IMG/VR virus record: IMGVR_UViG_3300017742_000001
Location: 1-64,000 of that record
Length of the DNA stretch: 64,000 nt
Strand: one strand, 5' to 3'
DNA from: a virus
The position numbers and the translations under genes were made by a program. Every line of letters begins with the position of its first letter. Within the stretch, counting starts at the first letter, position 1. Shown here in pieces: positions 20,101-30,649 of the stretch. The notes under the pieces are model-generated. The model searched no databases and had not been told where the DNA came from. It saw only the letters and a program-made list of their open reading frames with translations.

Positions 20101-22711
20101 GTCTGGTAACGAAACAAGTATTCAAATTGCTACACAGGATGATAACGAAGAAGCAAACTTATTAGGTTTAAGAATTATTATTACATCAGGTCCTGGAACA
20201 GGACAGTATGGTGAAGTAAAAGCATATAATTCTTTAACAAAACAATTACAAGTTAAAAAAGAAACAACAGGTGAAGATGGTTGGGATCATATTATTCCTG
20301 GCACACCACCAGTTAGTTTAATTACAACTACTTCTTCATACTTGTTTGAACCAAGGGTAGTGTTTGATGCACCGCCATTTGCTTCAGCAGTAGTAAATTT
20401 AACAGCAGGTACAACTTGGGGTGACATAGAATTTGGTGGAACAAGAAAGAACTTTACCAATGTAGTAGGTGACCCAGGCAACGGAACAACAGTTGATATT
20501 ATTCCTGCTACAGCAACATTTAATGTTTTAAAAGAAGGTAAGGATTATACTGTAACACTTAACCAAGGTGGAGCAGGATATACTGTTGGCGATGTAATTG
20601 TGTTAGAAGGTGACGCATTAATTGGAAATAGTGATAACAATATTACACTTACTGTAACAAGTATTTCAAACGATAGTACAAATAGTATTGTTACGTTTAA
20701 AACAGAAGGTAAAGCAGCAAGCGGTAGATACGTTGCAGTTGCAAACACAGGCGCTACAGTAAACTGGTCCGATGATGGCACAAACTGGAACGCTTCAAAC
20801 TTACCAAGTTCAGGTAATTGGAAAACACTGGCTACAGGCAATAACAGATTTGTAACAATTAAACAACAAAGTAATGAAGTTGCTGTCTCCGAAGATGGTG
20901 AAACTTGGATTGCAGCCACATTACCTATTAGCTCAGACTGGTCAGACATTGCATTCGGCAACGGCATATTTGTTGCAGTTTCTAAAGAAGGCGGGTATGC
21001 TGCATTTAGTGAAACAGGAACAACTTGGACACTTGCAAATATTCCAGCAGGCGGTGACTCAACATTTGATCAATGGAATAATGTAGCATTTGGTGCAAAC
21101 AGATTTGTAGCAGTAGCACAATCACAAAACATTGCAGCACACGGTGAATACAATGGTTCAACAATTGTTTGGACAACAGTGATAATGGACGTGATTGCTG
21201 ATAGTTCACAAAAAGATTGGTTTAAATTAGCATATGGTAATAACAGATTCGTAGCAATTGCTCCAGGAGGCGAAATTGCTTACAGTTATGACAGAGGAAC
21301 AACGTGGCGCGGCGCAATGATGCCAACACCAGATGGTTCCACAATACTTGACTGGAACGATATGAAATACGGACAAGGATTGTTTGTTGCTACTGTAGAT
21401 ACAGGCGGCAAAGAAATTTCAGGCGCACCTACACTAGGACCTGTAGATTACATTTATCAATCAGAAGATGGAATTTATTGGACTAAGAAAACTGTTGTAG
21501 CAGAAGGCAACTGGGGTAAACTTGCATTTGGTAATCCAGATGTAACATTAGGTGACGGTGGCGATAATAGAAAAGGCCATTGGGTAATTCTTAACCAAGA
21601 TGTAACAACATCACACTTGTTAGTTACAACTGGTAGAGCACCATTTGGTAGAGCAAACGTGCTTGCAGGTAGAATTGCATCAGTTAACTTAATTGATCCT
21701 GGTAGCGGATATCCTGCAGCAGGACCTACGTACACTGTAGTTGATCCTAACAACACAGGCGAACTTGTACTTGATACTACAAGAATTGCTGATAGAGTAT
21801 TAGCACAGCCAAGTTGGATTAACAGAGGTACACAATACAAAACATCAACTACTACAGTATCAATAATTGGTGATGGTTTTGCAGATATTACTCCGGTAGG
21901 TAAATTCTTAACAGTTAAAGATATGCCTAGAGTAATTGGCCCAGGTGCGCAGTTAAGAATAACTGACAATCCTGAGCTTTACACAGTTGTTGCAATTGAA
22001 AACGAAGGGCAACAAGATGACGGGAACTTCGTGTTAAGATTCCGTGTAACGCCTGACTTAAAGATCGAAAATGATATTGTTAATAATACAGTTGTAACAC
22101 TTAATACACGATATAGTCAGTGTCGTATTACAGGACACGATTATTTGGACGTTGGTACAGGTAATTTTGCAGATACGAACTACCCTAGTTTGTATACAAG
22201 AACTTATCTATCATATCCAGAAAACGAAGTACAAGAATTTAACGGTGGTAGAGTGTTCTACGCAAGTACTGACCAATCAGGTAACTTTAGATGTGGTGAA
22301 TTATTTGCAGTTGAACAAGCAACTGGTATCGTAACAATTAGTGCAGACTTCTTTGATCTTAATGGTCTATCAGAACTTGCACTAGGCGGAATTAGAGTTG
22401 GTGGTACAGGAACAGTTATTAGAGAATTTAGTACTGATCCTTTATTTACAGCAGACTCAAACAATATTGTTCCAACGCAACGAGCAATTAAAGCGTACTT
22501 GACTAACAGATTAAATGTTGGTGGTGCAGACTTGTTAACAGCGAGCTTCATTGCAGGTACGGTTAAGATAGGACCAAATCTTATTGGCAACTCGGCAAAC
22601 TTAACAGTTCAAGTTCCGGTTGTTATGGATTTCAAAGGCGAAAAGGCTGGCATTCAAGGCAGTATGTTAGCCCAAACAATGTTCTTTAGATCATTTAAGA
22701 ATAGAGAATAA
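17174..22711 (+). CDS. Giant virion structural protein (paralogue A)
   Basis: N-terminal W-x5-Y-x2-GD-x-V-x-YGG repeats (carbohydrate-binding-like), RSPYIQN beta-helix-like core, propeller-like repeats (IAFGNGIFVAV), GHDYLDVGTG...STDQSGNFR C-terminus. Confidence 0.8.
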   Translation: MAEFKISRIRYTWKNTWQGATQYNKDDIVSYNGSSYIAIRAHTSSPSFNTDQIFTPPGETLPTPAWIAHTQGQNWRSDWAATTDYYPGDIVRYGGYLWINTTAYTSTSDFDTNISNWAIYATTIDWDGAWAAGTKYGIGDLVKYGPTVYKCITGHTAAATATDGLELDQAKWAVYSQLKGYVGDWVDGYRYKYNELVSYGGSLLRVTVGHTATTNLVDSYFALDVPGGTSKGTWVLEDYYAIGDVVMHGGYVYQALTNHIGQVPSDSIYQTGDNTIHWAIISKGKRLVGDWTANNTYKSGDVVRRGGYTYVALLDTTSDGSSLDYLDAGNWEIVVTGQSFKNAWTETVTYAVGDVVTYKGSAYKCNFEHVASNVDGAQNFPGDNGEGYEYWDTLLEGSSQAGLVNPGDLLSFGLARSNVGDGSTLGSTNIPKGTEGNILTVQNDDTATYEQYGKIAKIIHVDPIKGIDDTVDPDAGIDIQKPVKTIRFALEIADDGEDNNKTVQLSTGKFEEILPLIVPKKTVVLGDELRSSLVRPATASLTSADTPFKDLIITRLKQVVRQMILNQTVTKTAGNALSQVFVVDREISGGGVGVEGEIITDTPIFGTTATADRVDAVLNDFIAYYTYAVAGTGDAPAKYGENNASTDEAIINSRRVLEANKLFLSAEVRAYMAAIYPEYVQPSDLGYDIERYVIAINWDLLYVSNYKTQLEAVYYSNKINGSALTDMFRVRDTCGVRNLSIKGLTGSLNPPNVFEQYQRPTGPSCISLDPGWGPAHEECWIFNRSPYIQNVTNQGDNCTGQKIDGSLHNGGNKSIVSNDFTQVLSDGIGAHVLNNGRAELVSVFTYYCQVGYLAENGGVIRATNGNNSYGFIGALADGTDPTEVPILAKIDTQSNQASVQRAFAGEVNDEILAIEFLHCGQNYTSADYTFIGSGADVEVKQEEYRDDALFEARIVTGEASAAAGGGGFTLIGNNAQSGNETSIQIATQDDNEEANLLGLRIIITSGPGTGQYGEVKAYNSLTKQLQVKKETTGEDGWDHIIPGTPPVSLITTTSSYLFEPRVVFDAPPFASAVVNLTAGTTWGDIEFGGTRKNFTNVVGDPGNGTTVDIIPATATFNVLKEGKDYTVTLNQGGAGYTVGDVIVLEGDALIGNSDNNITLTVTSISNDSTNSIVTFKTEGKAASGRYVAVANTGATVNWSDDGTNWNASNLPSSGNWKTLATGNNRFVTIKQQSNEVAVSEDGETWIAATLPISSDWSDIAFGNGIFVAVSKEGGYAAFSETGTTWTLANIPAGGDSTFDQWNNVAFGANRFVAVAQSQNIAAHGEYNGSTIVWTTVIMDVIADSSQKDWFKLAYGNNRFVAIAPGGEIAYSYDRGTTWRGAMMPTPDGSTILDWNDMKYGQGLFVATVDTGGKEISGAPTLGPVDYIYQSEDGIYWTKKTVVAEGNWGKLAFGNPDVTLGDGGDNRKGHWVILNQDVTTSHLLVTTGRAPFGRANVLAGRIASVNLIDPGSGYPAAGPTYTVVDPNNTGELVLDTTRIADRVLAQPSWINRGTQYKTSTTTVSIIGDGFADITPVGKFLTVKDMPRVIGPGAQLRITDNPELYTVVAIENEGQQDDGNFVLRFRVTPDLKIENDIVNNTVVTLNTRYSQCRITGHDYLDVGTGNFADTNYPSLYTRTYLSYPENEVQEFNGGRVFYASTDQSGNFRCGELFAVEQATGIVTISADFFDLNGLSELALGGIRVGGTGTVIREFSTDPLFTADSNNIVPTQRAIKAYLTNRLNVGGADLLTASFIAGTVKIGPNLIGNSANLTVQVPVVMDFKGEKAGIQGSMLAQTMFFRSFKNRE

Positions 22712-22713
22712 CA

Positions 22714-22719
22714 TAAATA
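22714..22719 (+). promoter_or_regulatory. TAAATA late promoter
   Basis: CATAAATA in the 30-nt gap before the 2516-aa gene. Confidence 0.55.
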
Positions 22720-22741
22720 TATGTACACTACGGAGTAGATA

Positions 22742-25700
22742 ATGGCAGAGTTTAAACTAGGTAGAATTAGATTTGTATGGAAAGGGGACTGGGCAGGTTC
22801 CACGACATACTACAAAGATGATGTAATCAAGTACGGAGGACGTACTTACATCTGTGCAGTTGGTCATACCGCCAACAGCGATTTTTATGCAGACTTAAAT
22901 ATTGTTCCAAGTAAATGGAATCAAATGACAGATGGTCAATCCTGGAAAGGGGATTGGACAATTGCAACAGATTATGTAATTAATGATGTTGTAAAATATG
23001 GTGGTAATTTGTATATTGCAAATGCTGCACACACATCTGCCGCAACAACTGCCCTTGGACTTGAGGACGATTCTTCAAGTTGGACAACTTATGCAGAAGG
23101 CTTAGACTGGAAAGGAAACTGGACAGTTAGCACTCGTTATAAGTTAAATGATCTAGTTAAATATGGTGGAAACACATATATCTGCTCAACTGGACATACA
23201 TCTGCCGCACTTACTGCCGACGGTTTAGAACAAGATATTGGTAACTGGAACAATTATAATGATGGTATTGATTATAAAGGTGACTGGGTTACTGGTACAA
23301 GATATAAAGAATATGATGTAGTAAAATTTGGTGGCAACCTTTACATTGTAAAAGCAGGACAACACCACACAGCATCAGCAGCATTTGCTACAGATACTGC
23401 TAAATGGGATTCTTTTGTTGAAGGCTTTAAATTTGAAAATGCTTATTCAGCAAGTACAGAATATAAAGTTGGTGACGTAGTATTATACGGTGGTAATTCG
23501 TATGTTGCTAAAACAATTAGCACAGGACAAACACCTCCTGTAAGTACTAGTGACTGGGCATTATTTGCAGAAGGCTTTGCATATGAAAATGCTTGGGCAA
23601 TCGGTACAAGTTATAAAATCGGCGAAGTAATTACTCTTAACGGTTATACGTACAGAGCTGTACAAGATAGTCCTGCAATTGCAGTGACCGTAACAGCAAC
23701 TGATAACGGATCCAACGAGTTTACAACAGCAGATACTACAGGATTAATTGCTAATCAAGTAATTCAATTTAGTGGTACAACATTTGGTAACGTATTCCCA
23801 GGCGGAACGTACTATGTGAAAACTGTAGACTCAGGAACAACATTTACAATTTCAACAACATTAGGAGGATCAGCATTTACTCCTACAACAGCAACTGGAT
23901 CTATGACAGCAACAGGTGCTGCTCACCCAACAAACACAACTTACTGGAATAAACTTAACGAAGGTATTAGTTGGCAAGGTAATTGGGCTGATGACCGAGA
24001 GTATGAAGTTGGTGATGCAGTAAAATTAGGCGACAACGCATTTATTTGTGTACAGAAACACCGTTCAGAAGGTGACACTGACTCAACTATTGGCGGAGAA
24101 GGCGGCGGTGCTGCTAACTCAAGACCAGATTTAGACGCTACAGGTAGTTATTGGAACCAGTTAATTACAGGTTCTGAAACAAGTGTATTAACTACAAAAG
24201 GTGATTTAGTATACTTTGGTGGTTCTGGTGTAACTAGACTTCCAATTGGAGCAGAAGGCGAAGTACTACGTGCTGGCGCAGAGTACCCAGAATGGGCATT
24301 ACTTGGCCAAAGCGATTATGTTTATTGGGTTGGCGAACACGGACAAGATAAACCTTATCCTTTAGCAGGTGGAACAGTTGATAAGCCATTTGCAAGTGTA
24401 CGTTATGCAGCTCATCAAATTGATAATGGTGCATTTAATCCTAATACAAAAGATTTATTAAGAAAGAATAGACACTTCATTCAAAGAGAAACTCAAGAAT
24501 GGATTGACTATCAAATAGAATACTTTACAAATACAGCACCAGATGCTACAAGCATTTGGTATAACTTTACATATGATGATGCTAAGTGTGAAAGAGACAC
24601 AGGCTTCCTTGTTGACGCACTAGTTTATGACCTTGGTAATGGTGGTAATGTTAAGTCAAGAGGTGCTGCTAACAGTTATGTTGGAGCATTAAGCGAGTCA
24701 GAAACTGAAGCAAATCCACTTTTAGGTAGTCAAAAAGATCAGCACATTGCTGCATTTAACTATATGCTTACAGTTGTAGGACACGTTTTTGCACAAACAG
24801 ATCCAGCAGTAAATTATCAAACTACAAACGGTGATAATTCAACTTCAATCGTTGCACAACACAAAGATGCTACAATTGCAGCAGAAGCAGGCGTTTTAAC
24901 AAAAGCAACTGCACTTATTACTATTGTATTGAACGCACTTGAAGATGAAGATGCTTCAAGAGTACCTGCTAGATATATGCCTAATTCACTTATTAAAGTT
25001 AAGACAGGTACATATACTGAAGTAGGACCAATTATGGTTCCAGAAAACACTTGTGTAATTGGTGAAGAAGTACGTTCTACAACAGTTACAATGGATTTAG
25101 GAACAACAAACAAGACAGATGCAAAATATAGTATTGAAACATATGCACACTTAAACGATGTAGTACAAAAAATCGTTACTGGTGCTACTGTAACTGCTAC
25201 AACAGGTAATGCTGAAACACAAAGCATTGCAGTACCATTTGGTGATACACCTGAAGCAGCAAGAGTTGACAGACTAATGGGTGCATTGCTACACAACACT
25301 GACTTTAGAGTTGGTAATTTTGCACACAGTTTCAGAACAGATCCAACAGGTTACAATATTGGTTACTTAACTGGATACGGAAATGCAAGATCACAAATTG
25401 TAGAAAACAAAGAATACTTACGAGAAGAAGTTACAGCATTTATTACTGCTGAATACCCAGCATTAAAGTATAGCAGAACAAAATGTAAGCAAGACGTAGG
25501 TTATTTGATTGACTCGCTAACATATGATATGACATATGGTGGTAACAGTCAAGCAATTAGAGCAGGGTTATCATACTATGACGGCCCAGGTGGACCATAC
25601 GCCGGTAACTTTGGTGCAGATTCCAATGAACCAACTGCGACTGTAGCAGCATATCAATTTATGCGTGATCATTTAGCAACTATTGTACTAAATCAAACTG

Positions 25701-28700
25701 CTACATCAAGACAATCTACAGTAGCACAGTTTAAATTTGGCACAGCAGCATCTACAGCAGCAAAAGATAGAGTTATTGAGTTGATGAATATTATCATCGA
25801 CTTAATTAGTGCTGGCGCAACAACAGGTGCACCAAATGTAACTATAAACAGCATTTCTTCAAATGTAATTACAACTTCAGCAGCACACGGATTAAGTGTA
25901 GGAGACTCGTTTACACCAAGAACAACTGCTAACGGTTTAACAGCAGATCAAAAATATTGGGTTGAAAGTACTCCAGCAGCAGCAACGCTGACTGTTTCTA
26001 CAGTGTTTAACGGAAGCGCAGCAACATTAAGTAATGGTAGCGGTTTAACAATCATTGCAGATGTTGTACAAGAACCAGCAGCAACAAATGCTGTTTCAAC
26101 TACCACTGCATTAATTACAGCAGCACAGAATGTTGATGCCGCACAAGAAACAATGGTTACTGCAATGAGTAATTTCTTAGCAGCAACATATCCAAGTTTA
26201 ACATATAACACTGATAAGTGTAAGCGTGATGCTAGATTAATTTCAGAAGCAGTAATGTTCGACTTTATGTTTAACAGTAATCACAAAACACTTAAAGCAG
26301 CATACGCTTACTTAAGAAGTACTGCAAGTGATGTATATGATAAAGGTCAAAAGACAGCAACTATTGCTGCATTTGATTTTATAAAAGATTATATGGATAG
26401 TGTTGCAGGTGACGCAACAGCAAAAGCACGTATTGAAACATTGATGGAAGATTTACTTGATGTTATTTACAGTGGATCAACTGAAGGTAGTAGATGTGTA
26501 TCAGATGAAAGAAATGTACATCACGCTGCTACACAGATTTTAAGAAACAAAGACTTTATTGTTGCAGAATCAACAGCATACATTGCAAATACTTACAAAG
26601 AAACTGTTACAGCAACAACAGCATCAGACAACAGTATTACAATTGGTAGTACAAGTTGGCTACAGAGAAACACAGCGATTGAATTCTCAGGAACTATTGT
26701 TGGTGCTCCAGCACTTGCTGATCAGTCAGATGGTATTTTAGAAGGTGTAACTTACTATGTACAAAACATTTTAAGTGCAACTAAGTTTACTATTTCAAAT
26801 GAAAGAAATGGTACTGCTAGAGTAATGGTAGATGACACAGGTTCAGCAACTGTTAAGTTAGTATACAACAGTGCATCTTGTGAAAGAGATATTGGCGAAG
26901 TATTAGAAGCATTATTCTACGATATTTCATATCCAGGTAACTACAAAACATTGCTATGTGCAAGATACTATGGTAATGGAGTAGTTGGATCACACGAAGA
27001 AGATTTATACTACCTACGTAACGGTACAGGTATTAGAAACCAAACATTAAAAGGTATGAATGGTGACTTACTTGCTCCGAATAGTTTTGGAACAAGTCGT
27101 GTATCAGGTGGTGCTTACTGTTCATTAGATCCAGGTTGGGGTCCAGAAGATTACAGAGTATGGATTACAGAACGTTCTCCATATGTACAAAACAACACAA
27201 CGTTTGGTAATGCCGGCATTGGTCAGAAAATTGATGGCGCACTACACAACGGTGGTAACGATTCGATTGTATCCAACGACTTTACACAGGTTATATCCGA
27301 CGGTATCGGTGCTTGGGTAGCAAACAATGGTAGAGCAGAGCTTGTATCAGTGTTTACTTACTACTCACACATTGGTTACTTGTCAACTGAAGGTGGAAGA
27401 ATTAGAGGTACAAACGGTAACAACTCATACGGTGACTTTGGTTCAGTAGCAGAAGGATTTGATGCTACAGAAACACCACAAACTGCTATCATAGATAACA
27501 AATTCCAGTATGAAGCAACAGTTAAAGATGTTACAACAGATAATGCAGAAGAAGTTTACGCATTTGAATTTGAAAATGCTGGTATTGACTACGAAGAAGG
27601 CGAGTTCCTAATTTCAGGTGCTGGTACAGGTGCGTTTGCAATCGTTGACGAATTTAGAGATAATGCTGTACACAGTGTATTCTTACAAGATAACGTAGAC
27701 GATAGTTCTAACGCTCCGGAAGTAGTTGGTAACTTTGGTGGATTTGGTTACATAAGTAATGCAAATACTGCACAGGGTGGTAACACAAGTGCAATTACAC
27801 TTGCAGCAACTGATGCAGAGATTAGTTCAGCATATGTTGGAATGAAAGTTTATGTAACAGGCGGTTCAGGTGTTGGACAGTTTGGTGTTATTAGTACGTA
27901 CAATGCAGGTACAAAACTTGCAAACGTTGTAAGAGAAAGCGATGGCGCAAGCGGTTGGGATCATATTGTTGCAGGAACAACTATTGTTGCACCAGATGCA
28001 TCGTCAACATATATTGTTGAGCCAAGACTAACATTTACTGCTCCAGGATTTAGTTCCGAAGGCGGCACATTGTCATCATCAGGTACTTGGACAGCAGCAG
28101 AGTTTATTGAAACTGCTGATGTTTACTTACCGACAGCAACAGGCGGCAACGGTACAGGTGCAGCATTCCAAGTTATTAGAAACGGTTGGAAATATACAGT
28201 ATCTGTAGTAAGCGGTGGTACAGGCTACACTAGACTTGATAATTTAGCAATTACAGGTTCACAACTAGGTGGTACAGATGGTACTAACGACATTACAATT
28301 ACAGCAACAGCAATTAATAGTACAACAGGCGAAATCCTAGAAGTTGATACAACTGGCTTTGGACAAGCAGGTGCATTTTTTGCAGCAAAAACAGGAAGCA
28401 CAGCAGCCACAAGAAGTATTGACGGCAAAACTTGGGGTGCAGCGACATTACCGAGTGCATCTAACTGGACAGCATTAGCAGCAGGAAAAATTGATGATGG
28501 ATCATCAGTTGGTAAAGTTGCTAGAATAGTTGCAGTTGCGTCAGGAACATCAAATGCTGCTTACTCAGCAGACGGTAGTACTTGGACAGCAACTAGTTTG
28601 CCAGCAAGTGCAACTTGGATTGACGTAACATACGATAATTACAACCAAAGATTTGTAGCAATTGCAAGTGATAGTGTAACTGTAGCGATATCATTAGACG

Positions 28701-30292
28701 GTGAAGTTTGGGATACTACAGGTACATTAAACAGCACAGGCTTTACTGCTATTACAGCAGGACAAAGTATATTAGTTGCTGTTAAATCAGGCACAACAAC
28801 TGCTGCTTACAGTATAGACGGCGGAGTTAATTGGATTGATGTAACAACTTTACCAGCAGCAAGTGCTTGGTCAAGTGTAGCATTTGGACAAAACCACTTT
28901 ATTGCAACAGCAACTGACAGTAGTGCAATTGCATACAGTATTGATAAAGGTGCTACTTGGACTACAAAAGATATTAGTTCACCAGACTCAACAACACCAG
29001 CAGGATTGCAAAGAATTGCATACGGCCAAGGCCAGTTTATGATTACTGCATACAAAGCAGGTGAAGATGGCGAAGGTTATACTTATGTTGCAATGTCACA
29101 AGATGGTTATAACTTTACTTGGGAAGGTGTTGGATCTGGAGAGGTTACATCAAACGGATTTAACGCTGTAGCATTTGGTACATATCAGCGTAACGGTTAT
29201 TGGGTAGTTATTGATACAGACGCATCAGATAGCGTACAAAGAATTAGTGCAGGCGCAACAACAAAAGCAAGACCTGGAGTTGCACAGAACAAAATCTTTG
29301 AAGTACGTATCACAGAACCAGGTTCAGGATATGAAACTGTACCTACAATGACTATTACTGATCCAAGTGAAATTTACCCAGTACCGTTCGAAGTTAGAAC
29401 AGGAAGCGGTGTACTTGCTACTCCATCATTTAGAAGTAGAGGTACAGGATACGTTTCAGCAAGTGCTGACTTAGTAGGTGGTAATGGTTATGCAGAGTTT
29501 AGTCAAAGCGGAAACTTTATTGCAATTAGACAATTAAGTGCTCGTCCGCCAACAGGATCAAACATTGTATTTGGACACTTACCAAATGAAACATTCAAGT
29601 TGGTTAACATTGTTACACTACTTGGAGCAAATGATGGCGCATTAACTTGTTTCTTACAGATATCACCAGAAATGAAAGTTATTAATGTTCCAGCAGACGG
29701 CGTAAGTGTTACAACAAGAATTAGATACTCACAGGTACGTTTAACAGGACACGATTTCTTAGATATTGGTACTGGATCGTTTACAGAAACAAACTATCCA
29801 AACAATCCTTTACAAGATCCTGTACAACTACAAGAAACTAGAGAACGTAATGGAGGTAGAGTGTTCTTCACTGCTACTGACCAAGACGGTAACTTTAGAG
29901 TTGGTGACTTGTTTAGTATTGAACAATCAACTGGTGTTGCAACATTGAATGCAGATGCATTTAACATTGCAGGACTACAAGAACTATCACTGGGTGAAGT
30001 TACACTAGGTGGCGGATCAGCAAGTATTGACGAATTTAGTACAGATCCGTTCTTTACAGCAGACAGTGACAATGTAGTACCAACGCAGAGAGCGATCAAA
30101 GCGTACATTAGTTCACAAATTGGTGGTGGTGGTGCATCACTTAACGTAAATAGTGTTACAGCAGGTTTTATATATATTGCTGCTGATGCTATAACAACTA
30201 CAACACAACAGGCTATTAATGTTGATGCAAATATGAACTTTAAAGGCGGTGTGCGTGGTTTACCAGTAGCGTGGAGTTACTTCTTAACATAA
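22742..30292 (+). CDS. Giant virion structural protein (paralogue B) with globin/phycobiliprotein-like helical repeats
   Basis: Same architecture as 17174 (MAEFKLGRIRF, SLDPGWGP, RSPYVQN, GRAELVSVFTYY) plus four (K/S)Cx(R/Q)D repeats. Confidence 0.8.
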   Translation: MAEFKLGRIRFVWKGDWAGSTTYYKDDVIKYGGRTYICAVGHTANSDFYADLNIVPSKWNQMTDGQSWKGDWTIATDYVINDVVKYGGNLYIANAAHTSAATTALGLEDDSSSWTTYAEGLDWKGNWTVSTRYKLNDLVKYGGNTYICSTGHTSAALTADGLEQDIGNWNNYNDGIDYKGDWVTGTRYKEYDVVKFGGNLYIVKAGQHHTASAAFATDTAKWDSFVEGFKFENAYSASTEYKVGDVVLYGGNSYVAKTISTGQTPPVSTSDWALFAEGFAYENAWAIGTSYKIGEVITLNGYTYRAVQDSPAIAVTVTATDNGSNEFTTADTTGLIANQVIQFSGTTFGNVFPGGTYYVKTVDSGTTFTISTTLGGSAFTPTTATGSMTATGAAHPTNTTYWNKLNEGISWQGNWADDREYEVGDAVKLGDNAFICVQKHRSEGDTDSTIGGEGGGAANSRPDLDATGSYWNQLITGSETSVLTTKGDLVYFGGSGVTRLPIGAEGEVLRAGAEYPEWALLGQSDYVYWVGEHGQDKPYPLAGGTVDKPFASVRYAAHQIDNGAFNPNTKDLLRKNRHFIQRETQEWIDYQIEYFTNTAPDATSIWYNFTYDDAKCERDTGFLVDALVYDLGNGGNVKSRGAANSYVGALSESETEANPLLGSQKDQHIAAFNYMLTVVGHVFAQTDPAVNYQTTNGDNSTSIVAQHKDATIAAEAGVLTKATALITIVLNALEDEDASRVPARYMPNSLIKVKTGTYTEVGPIMVPENTCVIGEEVRSTTVTMDLGTTNKTDAKYSIETYAHLNDVVQKIVTGATVTATTGNAETQSIAVPFGDTPEAARVDRLMGALLHNTDFRVGNFAHSFRTDPTGYNIGYLTGYGNARSQIVENKEYLREEVTAFITAEYPALKYSRTKCKQDVGYLIDSLTYDMTYGGNSQAIRAGLSYYDGPGGPYAGNFGADSNEPTATVAAYQFMRDHLATIVLNQTATSRQSTVAQFKFGTAASTAAKDRVIELMNIIIDLISAGATTGAPNVTINSISSNVITTSAAHGLSVGDSFTPRTTANGLTADQKYWVESTPAAATLTVSTVFNGSAATLSNGSGLTIIADVVQEPAATNAVSTTTALITAAQNVDAAQETMVTAMSNFLAATYPSLTYNTDKCKRDARLISEAVMFDFMFNSNHKTLKAAYAYLRSTASDVYDKGQKTATIAAFDFIKDYMDSVAGDATAKARIETLMEDLLDVIYSGSTEGSRCVSDERNVHHAATQILRNKDFIVAESTAYIANTYKETVTATTASDNSITIGSTSWLQRNTAIEFSGTIVGAPALADQSDGILEGVTYYVQNILSATKFTISNERNGTARVMVDDTGSATVKLVYNSASCERDIGEVLEALFYDISYPGNYKTLLCARYYGNGVVGSHEEDLYYLRNGTGIRNQTLKGMNGDLLAPNSFGTSRVSGGAYCSLDPGWGPEDYRVWITERSPYVQNNTTFGNAGIGQKIDGALHNGGNDSIVSNDFTQVISDGIGAWVANNGRAELVSVFTYYSHIGYLSTEGGRIRGTNGNNSYGDFGSVAEGFDATETPQTAIIDNKFQYEATVKDVTTDNAEEVYAFEFENAGIDYEEGEFLISGAGTGAFAIVDEFRDNAVHSVFLQDNVDDSSNAPEVVGNFGGFGYISNANTAQGGNTSAITLAATDAEISSAYVGMKVYVTGGSGVGQFGVISTYNAGTKLANVVRESDGASGWDHIVAGTTIVAPDASSTYIVEPRLTFTAPGFSSEGGTLSSSGTWTAAEFIETADVYLPTATGGNGTGAAFQVIRNGWKYTVSVVSGGTGYTRLDNLAITGSQLGGTDGTNDITITATAINSTTGEILEVDTTGFGQAGAFFAAKTGSTAATRSIDGKTWGAATLPSASNWTALAAGKIDDGSSVGKVARIVAVASGTSNAAYSADGSTWTATSLPASATWIDVTYDNYNQRFVAIASDSVTVAISLDGEVWDTTGTLNSTGFTAITAGQSILVAVKSGTTTAAYSIDGGVNWIDVTTLPAASAWSSVAFGQNHFIATATDSSAIAYSIDKGATWTTKDISSPDSTTPAGLQRIAYGQGQFMITAYKAGEDGEGYTYVAMSQDGYNFTWEGVGSGEVTSNGFNAVAFGTYQRNGYWVVIDTDASDSVQRISAGATTKARPGVAQNKIFEVRITEPGSGYETVPTMTITDPSEIYPVPFEVRTGSGVLATPSFRSRGTGYVSASADLVGGNGYAEFSQSGNFIAIRQLSARPPTGSNIVFGHLPNETFKLVNIVTLLGANDGALTCFLQISPEMKVINVPADGVSVTTRIRYSQVRLTGHDFLDIGTGSFTETNYPNNPLQDPVQLQETRERNGGRVFFTATDQDGNFRVGDLFSIEQSTGVATLNADAFNIAGLQELSLGEVTLGGGSASIDEFSTDPFFTADSDNVVPTQRAIKAYISSQIGGGGASLNVNSVTAGFIYIAADAITTTTQQAINVDANMNFKGGVRGLPVAWSYFLT

Positions 30293-30313
30293 ACATAATG
30301 GAGAAAATGTAAA

Positions 30314-30634
30314 ATGGCAACAGGAAGATTAGGAACAGCAGATCTAGCAGCGGTTACAGATACTACTCTGTACACTGTTCCGGCAGATACTTTTAGTGTA
30401 TTAACGCTATCGGTATGTAATAGAAATGCTAGTTCAGCAAAGATTAGAGTGGCAGTGTCCGCAAGTGCAACACCGGCAAATGATGAATTTATTGAATTTG
30501 ATTCAGAATTAGTTGGTAATTCAGTTATTGAGCGTACAGGTATTGTAATGGACGCTACAAAAATTTTAGTTGTACGTTCTGACACAATTAACGTCAGTGC
30601 AGTAGCATACGGCATTGAAACAGCAACGATATAA
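30314..30634 (+). CDS. Small beta-sandwich structural protein
   Basis: LYTVPA...SVCNR...IERTGIV...AYGIE. Confidence 0.72.
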   Translation: MATGRLGTADLAAVTDTTLYTVPADTFSVLTLSVCNRNASSAKIRVAVSASATPANDEFIEFDSELVGNSVIERTGIVMDATKILVVRSDTINVSAVAYGIETATI

Positions 30635-30649
30635 CGAGGAGAGATAAAG

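Noticed and set aside
17174-24200. Periodic repeats resembling a CRISPR array
   Set aside because: Repeats are degenerate at DNA level and are in-frame protein repeats; no cas genes seen
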